From Octopus sinensis (taxonomy: Eukaryota), in NCBI RefSeq assembly GCF_006345805.1, contig NC_043015.1, forward strand, positions 14,074,001-14,138,000: a stretch of 64,000 bases of DNA. Reading direction: 5' to 3'. The notes under the pieces are model-generated. The model made no database searches and was not told the origin of the DNA. It was given only the letters and a program-made list of their open reading frames with translations. A program made the position numbers and the translations under genes. This document shows positions 11,124-24,559 of the stretch, in pieces; the first letter of the stretch is position 1; every line of letters starts with the position of its first letter.

Positions 11124-11560
11124 TCTTTTACTTGTTTCAGTCATTGAAATATGGCCATGCTAGAATACCGCCTTCAAGCGTCTTAGTCGAACAAATCGCC
11201 ACCAGTATTTATATATATATTTTTATATTTTTAAAGCTTGATACTTATCTTTTGTCTTTTTTACCGAACTGCTAAGTTACGGAGATATAGCACAAACATA
11301 CAGACACACACATAGATATATACACACACACATTCCCATGTATGTATGTGTGTGTGTGTGCGCGCGTATGTATGTCGGTATGTGTGTATGTACACACACA
11401 CATACACACACGACGGGTTTCCTTCAGTTTCCGTTTCCTCTCACAAGGCTTTGATCGGGCTTAGGTCTACAGCAGAAGATATTTGCCTAAGGTGTTACGC
11501 AGTGAGACTGAACCCGAAACCATGTGGTTCAGAAGTAAGCTTCTTACTGCAAAACCACGG
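11121..11560 (-). mobile_element. SINE family A
   Basis: Same head, body and tail motifs as the 55-460 copy. Confidence 0.8.
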
Positions 11561-12117
11561 TAGACAATGCATTGAGGTGAGAAACTAATGTTAATATGAC
11601 ATAACAAGAAATTAAAATAATAATTGTCCATTAGTAATACGAGACGGCGAGGAACGATTTTGAACGAACAATGAATATAGTATATTCAAAAGAAAAGAAT
11701 AGTTACTGGAGTTATGGGAGTGTTTGCATGCATTTCCTCTCAAGTTCAAATGCTTAATCTGTGATGGCAAAACTATAAATAGCCGTGATAAAGATGGTTT
11801 GTATAACCTTAAAACTCAGGTAGAAGAAAAGACAACATAAAACTTTGAATAGATATTGAGCTTGTGTTGGATTCACCAATTATAATGTTTTTGGTTGGTT
11901 GCTCGGTTTTTACAATTTTCCAAAGAATTGAAGTCCTTCCCATTTAAACAATTTTTCAGGGATCGAAATAGTTAAATAAATGTACAAGGTCATGCAAGTA
12001 TGGTTCGTGTGTTAGGACATCCCAGTCTAGCTGTGTCTACAAGGAAACATATAGTCTAGCGTTGTCCTGAAGGATTGACCAATTCTGAACTTCTTTCATC
12101 GATTGCTTCCTTTAATC

Positions 12118-14894
12118 CAGTGCTGCCCAACCTTTTCCGAACATGGGCCGGATTTAAGAAAAAAATATGCTAGTGGGCCGGACTCACATTTCTAGCCTTT
12201 CATTTTTTAATACAACTATCTGAAATGGTTTGAAAAAGTATTCAGAACTGAAAACATTGATTCTATCATTCTATTTATAGAAATTATCCATTATACAATT
12301 ATAATTCATAACTCAATTTAAACATAGGGGTCTTACATATACTATTTCTATTACTTCTTCACTGCTATCAAAAAATTAGTCTCCAGATATTACATGAATA
12401 CGAAATGACCATTAAAAATTCGATTTAGAACCTTACATTCTATAAAACAAATTTAACAATTGATCAAGATTAAAAAAAACATTTGTTCAAATAAATGGCT
12501 TGTATTTCAATGATAAAACAATTTTATTTTAGATGTATACCGGTAATGAACGAAAATGTCAGTGAGAAACTTGAAATTGTTTCGAGACATCAAGAAGCTT
12601 TTCAATGTCTGCCGGAATATTTGTTAAGGCCAGTCGGAGTTCATCTTCGAGGTGAGCATCACTCAAAGAATTTCTTTTGTTCGATTTTACCAATTGCATG
12701 CGACTGAAGAGGTATTCACATATCCATGTCGAACCGAACAAAACGAGAAAGCGCTTTGAGTAGCAAGTAAGATTTGGACATTGCGTGTGAAGCAGACTGC
12801 ATTTGTAGAAGTCCATCAGATTCCTATTTAAAAACTGACTCTTGGCATCAAAGTCACTTTGCAACTCATTCACTTCCATTTGAAGTACAACGTGGGCATC
12901 AGCAGGATCCACGCCAAAAGGCATTGAAAAGTTTTTCAGCTGGTCTTCACAAGCACGGAAATCCTTAAATCTCCTGGCAAATTCTTCCTGCATCCGTTTT
13001 AACTCGCTCACAAAGAATTCCCGATTTATGGCTGAAATGTGCGGCTGTTCCTGAAGGCAAGGGAAGTGAGCATAATTGCTGTCAGCAATTTGAGTAATCC
13101 ACAAATCCAGTTTCTTTTGGAAAGCTGTCACCTCCCTAAACAAATTATGGATGAGTTTTTCTTTTCCTTGTAACCGCACATTCAACTCATTCAGCTTGTG
13201 TGTAATGTCCACAAGAAAGGAAAAAACATTCATCCATTTGTCGTCATCAAAATTGATGCATATTTTTCCTTTTACTTCAAGAAATGCTGCCACATGTTCT
13301 CGAATATCGTAAAAGCGTTTCAAAGTACGGCCACGGCTGAGCCACCTGATTTCGGCAAAGTAAGGGATACCAGCAAATTCGGCGTTTATCGCATCGAGAA
13401 AATTTCGAAACTGTCGATGATTTAACGCGCGACTCCGAATGAAGTTGACAGCTTTCACAACATTATCCATGACGTGATCAAACTTAATGATTTTGGAGCA
13501 AAGTGATTCCTGATGTATAATGCAATGGTACCACAATAGTTGGTCTTTACTCACATTCAGGATTACAGTTTTCTTTGGACGAAACCACGCAAGCCTTGTT
13601 TCTTGCCGATCATAGCCGGTGCACCATCGGTAGCAATTCCCACCAGGCGATCGTAAGTCAGTCCCGCCTTTTCAAGTGCAATATCGATTTCTTTTGTGCA
13701 ATTTTCTTTCATTGGACATAGAGCAAGTAATTCTTCAGTGATATTAAAACTTGAATCAACACCTCTCACGAAAATAGCTAGTTGTGGTGTATCAGTCATG
13801 TCAGTAGAATCGTCGATGGCAATGCTGTAAGTTTCGAAGTTTTTACAAAGTTCGTTCAACTGCATTTTCGTATTTTCGGCCAGTTCTTCAATCCTTCGGG
13901 TTATTGCATTACGCAAAAGCTAACACATTTTATAGCTTTCTCTTTCTCTGGGCACAGAATTTCAATCGCCGAGGTGATATATTCTTTGATAAAGTCTCCT
14001 TCCGAAAAAGGTTTCATGTTGCGTGCAATCTTTTCAGCAATGACGAAACTTACTTTGGTGTATTTTTTCGATCCATCATCTATTTTCCGAAAAATATTCT
14101 GTTGCGAGACTAAATTCCTTTGAAGTAAAAGTACTTTCTCCTTGCGTTGATCTCCTTCATAAAGATTATGGGTCGAAGCGTGCTTTAGTGTGTAATGCCG
14201 TTTCACATTTTCAACTTTTGGAACTGCGACTGTTTCACCACAGATCAGACAGAGACATTTTGCATTTGATTCCACGAAGAAATATAAATTTGTCCATGCC
14301 TCATTAAACCTGCGATTCTCCTTGTCTACTTTTCTGATTTTTCTAGCCGACGTTATGGATGAACAAAATTTGAAATTTATTGTGAAAAAGAAACTACTGT
14401 AATTTGCTCATCGGTATAAGAAGGCTTCCGTATCAAAAGTTGTGCCTGAGTAAATTTGAAATTAAATCACCTCAAATGCCAGTTTTATAGAATTATTCAT
14501 TCATCTACCGAGAATCGGTCTTTAAGCACAAAATCTAATGAAATTCTTAGGCGGTGATTTCCCCCATTAATTGAGCGATGTAGTGATTGGCTGCTGGCTC
14601 GAGCCGGCTTGACTTAACAGTTTTCAACCACCGAAAATCGGTATTCATCCACAACACGGTCAGCAGCTGACTCAGCATGCTTAAAACTATCTCTGTCACA
14701 GATAAATCACGCCTCATAATGACGTATGGAGAAGACCTGCGTATGGAGAAGACCTGCGTATAGCACACTTCCTCAACATAAAGAGGATACTTGAATGTGA
14801 TTTTTTGTAAATTGTTTTGCAGATACCCATAAATTGAAGACCGACTAGCGGGCCGGAATCTAAGGCTTCGTGGGCCGGACGTTGGGCAGCACTG
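12118..14894 (-). mobile_element. hAT DNA transposon, Buster/Charlie (SPIN/OC1-like) group, full length 2,777 bp
   Basis: Perfect 14 bp TIR CAGTGCTGCCCAAC; perfect 8 bp TSD CTTTAATC at 12110-12117 and 14895-14902; subterminal GGGCCGG motifs; 17 bp tandem duplication at 14723-14756. Confidence 0.95.
12559..14356 (-). pseudogene. hAT transposase (GTF2IRD2/EPM2AIP1-like family), about 600 codons, at least 2 frameshifts
   Basis: BED-like CLICGETVAV...RHYTLKH; YSIAIDDSTD; IATDGAPAMIG; HCIIHQESLC; RWLSRG; FGSTWICEYLFSRM dimerisation domain; frameshifts near 13910 and 13560; probable start codon reads ATA. Confidence 0.9.
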
Positions 14895-16029
14895 CTTTAA
14901 TCGATCTAATTGGGAACAATAATTGTCTGAATTCATCTGATTTTTGCGGAAGGAGCTCGTAATACACAATGCCCTTCCAATCACGCCAGATACAGAACAT
15001 CGCCTTCTTCGGATACTGACCGGCTTTTGGAGGGATTAAACGTGGTTCATTTCGTTTTCTCCAAGAACTTTTTCACTCCACATTGATCGTCCTTTGTCGT
15101 GTTTGAACTGTTAATTATGAGGCACTCAAACGTCATAGTGATCATGTATCCGGTTGCTTTTTAAATGCGTTGTGACGTTCATATGAGACGTATGGTGTGT
15201 CTCTACAATGTCTCGTGTCATGTAACCTGGATTATTCTTTATTAGCATTTCGATTTGGTTATTAACAACTGTAGGCCTGCCGGAACATAACAGCCTTCTT
15301 GATAAAAAAAAAATTTCATTCATAAACCTAGCAACCTACTTAGAAACAAACCTCTTATCTATGGCACTATTTTCATAAACAACACATATCCTTTTTTGCT
15401 TTTTGTAAAACAGCTTTTTTTTATCATTACCTTTCAGGAAAAGTTGCATCACATGATGAAATTGCATCTCATTTTCCTCCATTTTCACTTTTAACGTATA
15501 AACAGAAACAAACTACCCACACTGTAATTGTAAGGAAATGCATATTGCAATGTCACGTTTCAGAAAAAACAAAATGGCACACGCTTCTGTCACGTGAAAA
15601 ACAAAATCATGTTTAAACACCAGCAGTTGAAAAAATGTACGAACTTGTGTATGTGCACACACACACACACACATACAAAAAGTATTTGTCTATACAGTAT
15701 GTGATATATACCAGTTATTGTTTTATTTACCAGAAAATATGTATACAGTTTAAGATATTATTTTCCATTTCAGCTTGAAGACATTTTCAATTTTTAACTG
15801 AAAAATTGAAGTTTTTCCAACCAAAATAATATTCTTACTTTTTTATTTTCATGGAAAAGTATTTTCAAATTTTAAAAACGGATACAAACATTTCAAAATT
15901 TTTAAAATTGAAGCATTAAAACCTTTCCCCACGGAAATAATAGTTGAGTTTTTATGAAAAATGCAATTATTAAACATTTGCTAAATTCAATTACAAGCAT
16001 TTTCCGATTTATGGGCAGAGAATGCTGTT

Positions 16030-16380
16030 TAGGTACAGTCATGGCTATGTCGTAAACTGTTTGTTTCCTAACCACATGGATCCGGGTTCAGTTCCACTGC
16101 GTGTCATCTTGGACAAGTGCTTTTTATTATAGTTCCGAGTCGGCCAAAGCCATGTGAATGGACTTGATATGTATATGTGTGTGTTTGTGTCCTCACCACC
16201 GCTTGACTACCGGTGTTAGTTTGTTTATTTCCCCGCATTTCAGAGGTTTGGCAAAAAGCGACCTATTAAATAAATTCCAGAGTTTAAACAAAATAAGTAC
16301 TGGAGTCGGTTTGTTTGACTAAAACGCTTCAGAGCAGTGCTCCAGCATAGCCGTAGTGCAAGTGAAAGAAGATAAAATAT
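16030..16380 (+). mobile_element. SINE family A
   Basis: CCTAACCACATGGATCCGGGTTCAGTTCCACTGCGTG...CTTGGACAAGTG; tail GTGCTCCAGCATAGCCG. Confidence 0.8.
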
Positions 16381-16479
16381 ATATAGTCAAGCCATTCATA
16401 TTCTTCACTTCTTTCTTTCCCCTGTCATCGTCTTGTTCTGCCTCTTTATGTTTTATCAATTACATCTCTTGTTAATATT

Positions 16480-16805
16480 GGTTTTAAATTTTCCGCACAA
16501 GGCCGGCAGGTTTCGGAAGGGGCTAAGTCGGTTACATTGACCCCAGTGTTCAACTGGTACTTATTTTATCGATCCCGAAAGGAAGAAAAGCAAAGTCGAC
16601 CTCAGTAGAATTTGAACTCAAGACATGAAGACGGACGAAATGCCGCTAAACATTATGCCCGGCGTGCTAACGATTCCGTCAGCTCGCCGACTTATCGCTC
16701 GTTAATATTGAGTGTGTTTAAAATCGATGAGCTGGCAGAATCGTTAGCACGCCGGGGAAACTGCTTACAGGCATTTCGTCCGTCTGTGCGTTCTGAGTTC
16801 AAATT
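16480..16805. mobile_element. two SINE family B copies head to head (minus 16480-16690, plus 16727-16805)
   Basis: Family B consensus on both strands separated by about 35 bp. Confidence 0.8.
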
Positions 16806-17189
16806 CTATCGATGTCGTGTACATATAATCAATATATAACAAATGTTGTACATTTGTTTAAATAATTAAAAACCGCCAGTCACATGGCATGCATGAGTTC
16901 TCTGTTAACTCGAACGTTTTTGCAATTAAAATAAACGGGGAAGTGTAATTCTGTTTTAATTTCTCATTATAAACAGACGTGTTTTTTCGCTGCTCTCATT
17001 TAAATTGTAGGTAATCCCTTTTAGGATTACCGTTGTCTTTTGAATTGTTATACAACTTTTGCTGTTTTCTGTGTCTTTTGGACACATCGCCTCCTTTGGT
17101 GGGTTCGTTATTTTTTTTTTTTTTTTGTGAGTCCTATTTGGAGGCGAGCTGTTTTCCTTTATGGAAAGTTTTTACACGAACAGTACACC

Positions 17190-18238
17190 ATGGAATTTGA
17201 TGCGTCCCAATATGTAGATCCAGACTTCTTCTTGGAGGAATTGTGCGAACAGGTGTTGCCCTCCTTCCCATTTTGCCAAAAGAAGGAAGACAAGAGCATG
17301 CCAGAGAATGAGGAAACTGACCTGCGAATGTTAATGGAAGAATGAACTACGCTTCCGTGACCGGGATCACGAACAAAATAGTGCAGGTCGGCCCGGACGA
17401 ACCAGAGAAATACAAGTGTTTACTACAAAAAAGAGTGAACCAATGTAAAACTAACCCCACCTGTGGAAGTGATACACATCACAAAGAGGCAAACAACAGT
17501 GTACAAAACCTTGTCACTCAAAACGAAAAAAATTGAAATGGCGACTAAAGAGGCAATCGAAAAATGCCTACAGCCGATATAGCAAAATATAACATACATA
17601 CCCAAAGGAAAGTGCTTCGGAAACCAAGAAGAAGCCAAGAAGCATTCGTCAAACCCCCTAAAATCAACAGAAATGGTACTGCTGCCAACATATTTAGGCA
17701 AGCGGACATCAAACATTAAAATATGGGAAGTCCCACCGGCGATTGACGTGGTGTGGCTGGAGGCAGCTGTACTGCTACACTGGAGGATAAAATCCACATC
17801 CTTCAAGTCACTAAGATGCACCAGCAGAACAGATAGGGCCAAGGCCTGGAACTGGTACTCCAGGCCACCCAGCAAGACCTGGAAGAATTGCCAGATCAAA
17901 TTTTACTGCCGGAAGAAACCACACTAAAAGTATTAGTGGAGGGGCGAAAGCCAAGGTGCTAAAAGTGCGGCATGAAAGGGCATATTAAAACCGTATATCC
18001 ACAAGACAAAGCACCAATAGTACCCCCTACATCTAGTAAACCCCCCCCCACAAACCGACAAAGCGAAAGGAACCCCCAAAAAAGACAACCAATACCACAA
18101 CAAAACAACACACCAATAGCAGCGCGAGAAGAGACAAGACAACAAAAGAGAGACGCCCCAGAAAAAACAACTCCAACTGCACCTGAAGAAGTGGAGAGCG
18201 ACTGGAGGGAGGTCAAAAAAGAAAATGCAAGAAGATGA
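17190..18238 (+). pseudogene. Tx1/L1-type ORF1 (gag-like, zinc knuckle)
   Basis: LLPTYLGKRTSNIKIWEVPP, then LKVLVEGRKPRC*KCGMKGHIKTVYP (decayed CX2CX4HX4C), then P/Q/K-rich tail ending DWREVKKENARR*. Confidence 0.7.
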
Positions 18239-18789
18239 ATACCTTCCACACACACACTATCATCAAAAACACCGAAACATCCGCATGCACACAACCCCAC
18301 ACAAAACTCAAACACCCCAACCCATTATCCCCAAATACAGTAATAAACATAACTGCATTCAACACGAATAACACCAACTTAGTAGAGCTGATGAATAGAA
18401 ATGAATATACCACCCCATATGCAGTCCCAACACACCCAAAAATACCGGAAAATATAAAATTTATATACATAGACAATATTTCATACACAGACTTAAAAGA
18501 AAATTACCCAAATGACATCGGACCATTACAGAGAACTTTTACTAAACATTTTTACATTTATTTCAAAAGAAATACCCCCACAAGCCACATATAATCCATT
18601 CACACAAGATATATCTCCGCCAGCAACACCGGGGGAAAATAAACCACCCTAGCTAAATATACAGACAGAAATTCACGTATTACCCCATAATTAGACCCTC
18701 CAAACCCGAACGCCAGCGAACTCAAAAGACAATACAATGTTCCTTTTTCATGAGTTATTTAATCATATGTTGTTCCAACTCAGTTTGAC

Positions 18790-18875
18790 TGTCCCGTACT
18801 GTGAATGAACAGTGTATGCCTTGCTACATGTGTGTCCCGTACTGTGAATGAAAAGTGTATGCCTTGCTACATGTG
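18790..18875. repeat. 43 bp tandem duplication
   Basis: TGTCCCGTACTGTGAATGAA(C/A)AGTGTATGCCTTGCTACATGTG twice. Confidence 0.9.
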
Positions 18876-19409
18876 TAAGTGTGATGATTGAATGTGAGTT
18901 TCATTGTTATATGTTGTAAATGAAGGATGTACATCTTGTTACATGTGTGAGATGACTTGAACGAAAGAACCAGCGATTCTAAAAGAAGATCAGTGATGAT
19001 GCGTGGTTGTGGGGTTCTCGTATCCATCACTCCATTTTTATCATTTCCACCTTTTCATTATCCATATGCCATTTTGACCCCGATATTTTGCCTGTCCTGT
19101 ATTGTCCTTTCTGTGTCTTAACCTTTATGGTACATAAAAACAAATGCCTCATTAAAAAATAATATAAATTAAATTAAAAAATAAACGGGGACACACAATT
19201 GATTCCATCGCTACAGGATCACGGTTGATGTTGTTACCCTTCATACGTTCTGCTGTTGGTTGTACTTCCGCTACGGTGAGATTAGAAATTCGCAATTTAC
19301 GTCTATTTGATCCTTGTTTCTATACCTGTGCTTACAAAATAAGCAGATTACAAAACTTGACAATTGCATCGCCGAGAGACCAGAGAAGATCTCTTGGTGA
19401 CATATACTT

Positions 19410-21950
19410 AGAGTCGGTCAAAGACGTCTCAACCTGGCTCATGGCATTCGAAGCAAAAGCTTACGTGGACGAATAAAAGGATAACCTTCAAAATAATGAC
19501 CAAAGTCCTATGGCTATGAAATTAATTTCTGTTGAATACAAGCATTAAAAATGATCCGAGATATTAATATCCTGAAGAATATTATGAAAATGACTTACGG
19601 TGACTTAAAAAATTCGATTCTAAATCATGTTGCTCCTTCAAAGAAACTGATATTGGCCGAAAGAACAAAATTCTTCTGCACTATTCAACAACTCAATGAG
19701 TCAATTTCTCAACTTCTTTCAAATCTACGACACGCCAGTGAATGCTGCGATTCTGAAAGTCTAAAACGTCAGTGAGTGAAAAACACATACTGCCTCAGTT
19801 GGTTGTCGGTCTAAGAAGCAGCGAGGAAAGAAAGTTCTTCAAGCTAATGAAGTTAACGAACTCAGTTCAGAAGCTACTGTACAATTTTTACAACGTTCTT
19901 CGCAAATAACTGAATTCTGCAAGACAATTCAAAAGAGAAAGACATTACCTATTCCAAAACGACAGTACAAGATAAAAGAAAAGTTTTGAGCGACAAATAC
20001 TGTTACCGCTGTGGAAAACTTAGGTTCCCATAACACAAATTCTCTGCAATAAAAGCTATCTGCAAAAACTGTGGTAAGAAAGGCTACTATGCAAAATTTT
20101 GCAAAAGTACCAGGAATTATCGCAGCTCACGAATCGGGAAAACCCATGTTTGAATCTCACTCAATGAACATATGATGCATGATACGGTTACCCCTGCAGC
20201 ATTATGTCATCCGTAATAGCAAAAGATATCAGCGTGACGATTACATGGCAACATTCTTCATACTGATCGTACGATAGGCACCACATGGAATGCATTGGGG
20301 ACGCTTGCCTTACGGTGAAACGAGGAAGTCTGCAATCCCTCCATAATTTTAAAATAATTAAAGGGACCGCAGGTATGGTCTACTAGGTCGTGACCTGCTC
20401 AATGCTGAAACAAGTGCAGCGTTGAGTCATTTCTGCCGACGATAAAAGGTGTGCAAGCTTCTGTTAAATTAATATCTAATGCCTCTGATAAATTCTGTGC
20501 CACCAGAAGCATGCGTATTACTCTTGAGGAAGATGTAGCAAAGGAAGTAGATGCAGTGGAAGCCAAAGGTGTAATAAAGAAATGCGCTCTGGGTAGCAAG
20601 GTCAATATTTCTCCAGTCGTTTGGTTTAGAAAAGAAAATGAACACCTGCGTATGCATCCCGACTACAAAGTTCACCTAAATGAAAAGATATGCACGGACG
20701 CTTATCCTTTGCCACAAATAGAAACCATATTCAGCAAGCTTAGTGGTACAAGATTCTTCGCTCAGATTGAGTTAACCGACGCATATTGGCATATTGACAG
20801 ATCGATGAAAATATTCAGAAACTCTGCGCCATAAATATTACAAGAGGGGTATAATTGGTTACGCGATTGCAGATGGTGATGAAAAATGGTTCTGCAATTT
20901 TTCAGCATGTTATAGAGAATGTAGTGCTCAAGGGACTAAAATCTTTCATGGCCTACCAAGACGATATAATCTTTTTTGCTAAGATGGAAGAAAGCCTGAA
21001 TAAACATTTAAATGCCATCCTCGAAAGATTACGCAAGAAACAGGTCAGTGTCAACAAAGTAAAAGGTGTTCAAAAGACTACAAACATCACATTTTTAGGC
21101 CGTGTGATATCGCAAAAGAACTCGCTTAGAGAATCATGGCATTAAATCAGCCAAAAATACTGAGAAACTGCGATCCTTTCTTGGACTAATCGGATATTTT
21201 GGGTGATTCATTTCAAATTTCAGTGAGAAAACAATTAGCATGCAGAAACTAACTACTGTTGATCGTTTTCGGTGGACAGACAAGTGCCAACATAAATTTG
21301 AGAATATTAAAGACGAGCTATGCCAAGAACCAGTGTTGAAGTCATTTGATCCTAAATTACCTAACGAGCTGACGATGGATGCATCAATGAACAGCATTGC
21401 AGCAATGCTTTCACAAAATGGTCACCCTGTTCTATATGTGTCAAGAAAATTGACACCTGCTGAAACTAACTGGTCAAATATCGAACGCGAAGCATTTGCC
21501 ATTATATGGGCCGTTACCCATCTCAAACAATTTCTGCTCGGTAAAAGGTTTAAACACAATATGGATCATAGACCTTTAAAATATATATTCCACCCAAAAA
21601 AGTCGATAGCTATGAATGCTTCTGCTAGATTCGGACGATGGTCTACTCAACTGATGGCGTTTAATTTTTATATATCTCTGAAATCCCTCATGTTGACACA
21701 ATGTCGAGATTGCAAGTAGCGAACGAGGAAATTGTCTTTGCAGTTGTGCAAGTGATTAACATTCTGTTTGGAGCCACGTATATCGCTCATGTGAAAAATA
21801 TTACTTAATACGACAGACACATTCAGCGAATCAAACGCATGGTCAAATCCGGAAGATGGACTTTGCGAAACAAGTGCTACCTCCCTTTCAAGCGCATGCG
21901 TGACCAACTAAGAATAGAAGACGGAATTCTATGTTTGCGAACGAAAATGT
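19410..21950 (+). mobile_element. decayed Ty3/Gypsy gag-pol internal region
   Basis: gag KKLILAERTKFF and double knuckle CYRCGK...CKNCGKKGYYAKFC; RT YPLPQIETIF, IELTDAYWHI, YQDDI; RNase H DAS...YVSRKLTPAETNWSNIEREA...DHRPL; no LTR pair found. Confidence 0.85.
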
Positions 21951-23519
21951 TTGTTCCCTACCAACTACGCGACAGTCACCGCCTCAGCCTTCGCACCTGA
22001 CCACAGTGCTAACGTCACCACTGCCACGGTTTCAACTCTAATTTCGAATCGTTCCTTCACCAACTTCTGTACAGCAACCAGTTTTGTGGTCTTATACAAA
22101 AAAATTTCAGTCACTCTGAGCATCGCACAGTTGGACGGTACTTCAAACAGCTTCCTAATCCGAAATGCGACATTTCTTTTTTTCACCAACCATGCATTTC
22201 TTAACGGCATTCACTGGAACAGTTATTCAACGAATTGAACATTTTGCATGTTTTCTTGTTTTTCTTTCATATTTTTTTCAGCGTCATCGTGAGATTTTCT
22301 GTTCCAATTTCTTTATGTTCATTATGTTGCATTTTTTCTTGCATTTTCTAATACTTACATGTGCATCCATTCTGTAACATGCCTTTTGACGCTGTGAAAC
22401 GCCCTCTATTCAACACCTCACCTTGCACACTCAGTCGCCGATGCACAGCTTTCACTGGAAGATACTGCATCAGACTCTGGAATCGGTGTTGTTTCACAGT
22501 GCTTTCAGCAGTTACACTTGCACATTATTTTATTGCTCAACATACATACATACACACATACATGCTGTCTGCCTCATTCTATCCAGTCCCACACATTTCT
22601 AGGTTTAACCTAGCAGGATGCTTTTCTCAAGCCTTTCTCATCCGGCAAAAAGTTCCTTCCGGCAAAAAATGTTTTGCCATGCGTTTCTTCTCAGGCTTGT
22701 AAGACGCACAAACCACCTCTTATAAACGCAGTTATTTTTCTTTGCATCACATAGCGTTTGGTGCCTGATCAACACCAAATCTCTTGCATGTTGGAACTCC
22801 CTTCTTTTGCCGCAATCCTTATGGTTTGACTCGTTTCGCTAGTCACTGTCGCTTTTCTAGCACCTACACCATTTCAGCCGCTGCAAGCGACCCACCACTC
22901 TTGCAGATAAAAATCATGGCACTACTTATGCCAATATTATACTCTCTTACACCTTGACTTTCGCATCCTGCGATTTCCATTTTTCTGGACAATTGCTATC
23001 ACGCTTGCACGTCAGGTTTCGCTTGCTCTGTCTCGCGGAAACCACCTTCCCGGGCGGCAAGCTACGAAGAGCCTCCTTCAGCTTCCTTTTTGTAGTGTTA
23101 CATATTTAATATGTTGCATACACCTTATTCTGGACCTTATTATATACTGTTGCACTCACACAAAAGTTATCCAGAACTATGTATATTTAATTTTGTGTTA
23201 AAAAACAAACTGTTTGTTATTCCTTTTACAAAAGAACGTTTATTCACAAACATTTTTCCCATGCATGTTTTCACATTGCATTTTTCATTTAGCCATGTTT
23301 TGCATTTAGTTTGATGTGCAAAGCTGCGTAGCTAAAGGTTTACTGCACCAAACTCTGCAATTATATTCAGTATCTATCATGATGCATGTATTGATTTTTC
23401 TCCTATTTTACAACTTGTTTTGCAAGCACATGTTTCTGATATCTCGTTTTGCTTCGTATCTGCCCCGGATCACTACAATGATTCTGCTTATCGACTGCTC
23501 GTCTGAGGAAGGAGTAATG

Positions 23520-24350
23520 TAGTGAGCCCTGGCGGTCGACCTGGAAAGCAAAGCGGAAAAGAGGTTTAACGAGAGTAATCTCCCTCGACCTTCTAGAAAG
23601 TTCTCATACATTCTGGAAGCTTCTGGTTCATCCCTTATATAAAGGAACGTTTCTAAATTCGCGCCACTTAGTGTCTGTCGAGAGCACTCAATCTGTTCTC
23701 CTGAGCGAGCAATACCAGCAGAGAGATTTACCACTGCGGATTTTTATAGAGGGTCAGTAGAGCCTGTTTGCGAGGACATTCGAGCCGATGTACCTGGATA
23801 ATTTCCAGAAATCCTTGACTTGGTTGTGCTATCGTTCGGCTTTACCAATTCGGGAGAGGTTGTCCAGACATGGTTATAACACCCCTACCTACATGTCCGA
23901 GGTGCGGGCGCGTTAGTGAAACTGTCGCGCACACCTTCGTACATTGCGGAGAGTTGAGGGGATTGGTGGCCTATGTCGAACAACTAATGTCAGATGGGAA
24001 AATAGTACGACTCTCGACTGAGTCCATAGTTAAGATCTTACAGCTTCCCTCCTATAACAGGGAAAGGAAGACAGCCTTTTTCTGCGTAGTAGCCATACTG
24101 AAAGAGACAGTGTGGCGAACAAGAGCGAAAGGGATTGTGACAGGTTATTTCATCTCCGGACAGGGGTTGGAAAGTTGGTTCAGCTTCCACCTCGTGAGGA
24201 AGATTCGTCTGGAGAGAAAGAACCTGCCTCATAGCGTGTATGAGAAAAGATGATAAAATGTAGTAAGAAAGTTGCGTATATATGGAGGCGTACTAATGTA
24301 GCTGGTCAATGAAGAAGAAGGAAGAAAACAATTTTTCTCGGTCAAATAAT
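23520..24350 (+). mobile_element. 5'-truncated Tx1/L1-like LINE, ORF2 C-terminus and 3' UTR
   Basis: LTWLCYRSALPIRERLSRHG; TCPRCGRVSETVAHTFVHC (CX2C...HX4C); AILKETVWRTR. Confidence 0.8.
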
Positions 24351-24559
24351 AAAAGCAAACATGAAGGTTCAAAACTGACGGGTTGCAATAGAACCCGGCT
24401 GGAAAGTTAATTAAATTTAATATTTTTAACTATATATTCATCAAAATGTTTAAATCATAATGTCTTATCATCCTGATCCTCATATTGTAATTACAACAAA
24501 CATTAATGGAATCCCCTCCCCTGTAAGACTGTCCATTGTTTGTCCCCGACCCCTCCTTC

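Larger units (their letters stand above)
11880..15650 (-). mobile_element. decayed mariner (DD34D) interrupted by the hAT element
   Basis: Minus strand MEENEMQFHHVM..., GRPTVVNNQIEMLIKNNP, NSDNYCSQLDRLK (split at the hAT TSD) EAIDE, DWDVLTHEPY, LNGKDFNSLENCK; outer limits approximate. Confidence 0.75.
16940..19177 (+). mobile_element. Tx1/L1-like element carrying ORF1 but no recognisable endonuclease or RT
   Basis: T-rich 5' UTR, disrupted ORF1 with CCHC knuckle, A-rich 3' end; candidate TSD AAAATAAACGGG at about 16928-16939 and 19178-19190. Confidence 0.55.

Noticed and set aside
19200-23700. LTR pair for the Gypsy element (purine tract plus TG at about 23510)
   Set aside because: No matching sequence upstream of gag; the region after 23520 reads into a Tx1 ORF2 fragment.
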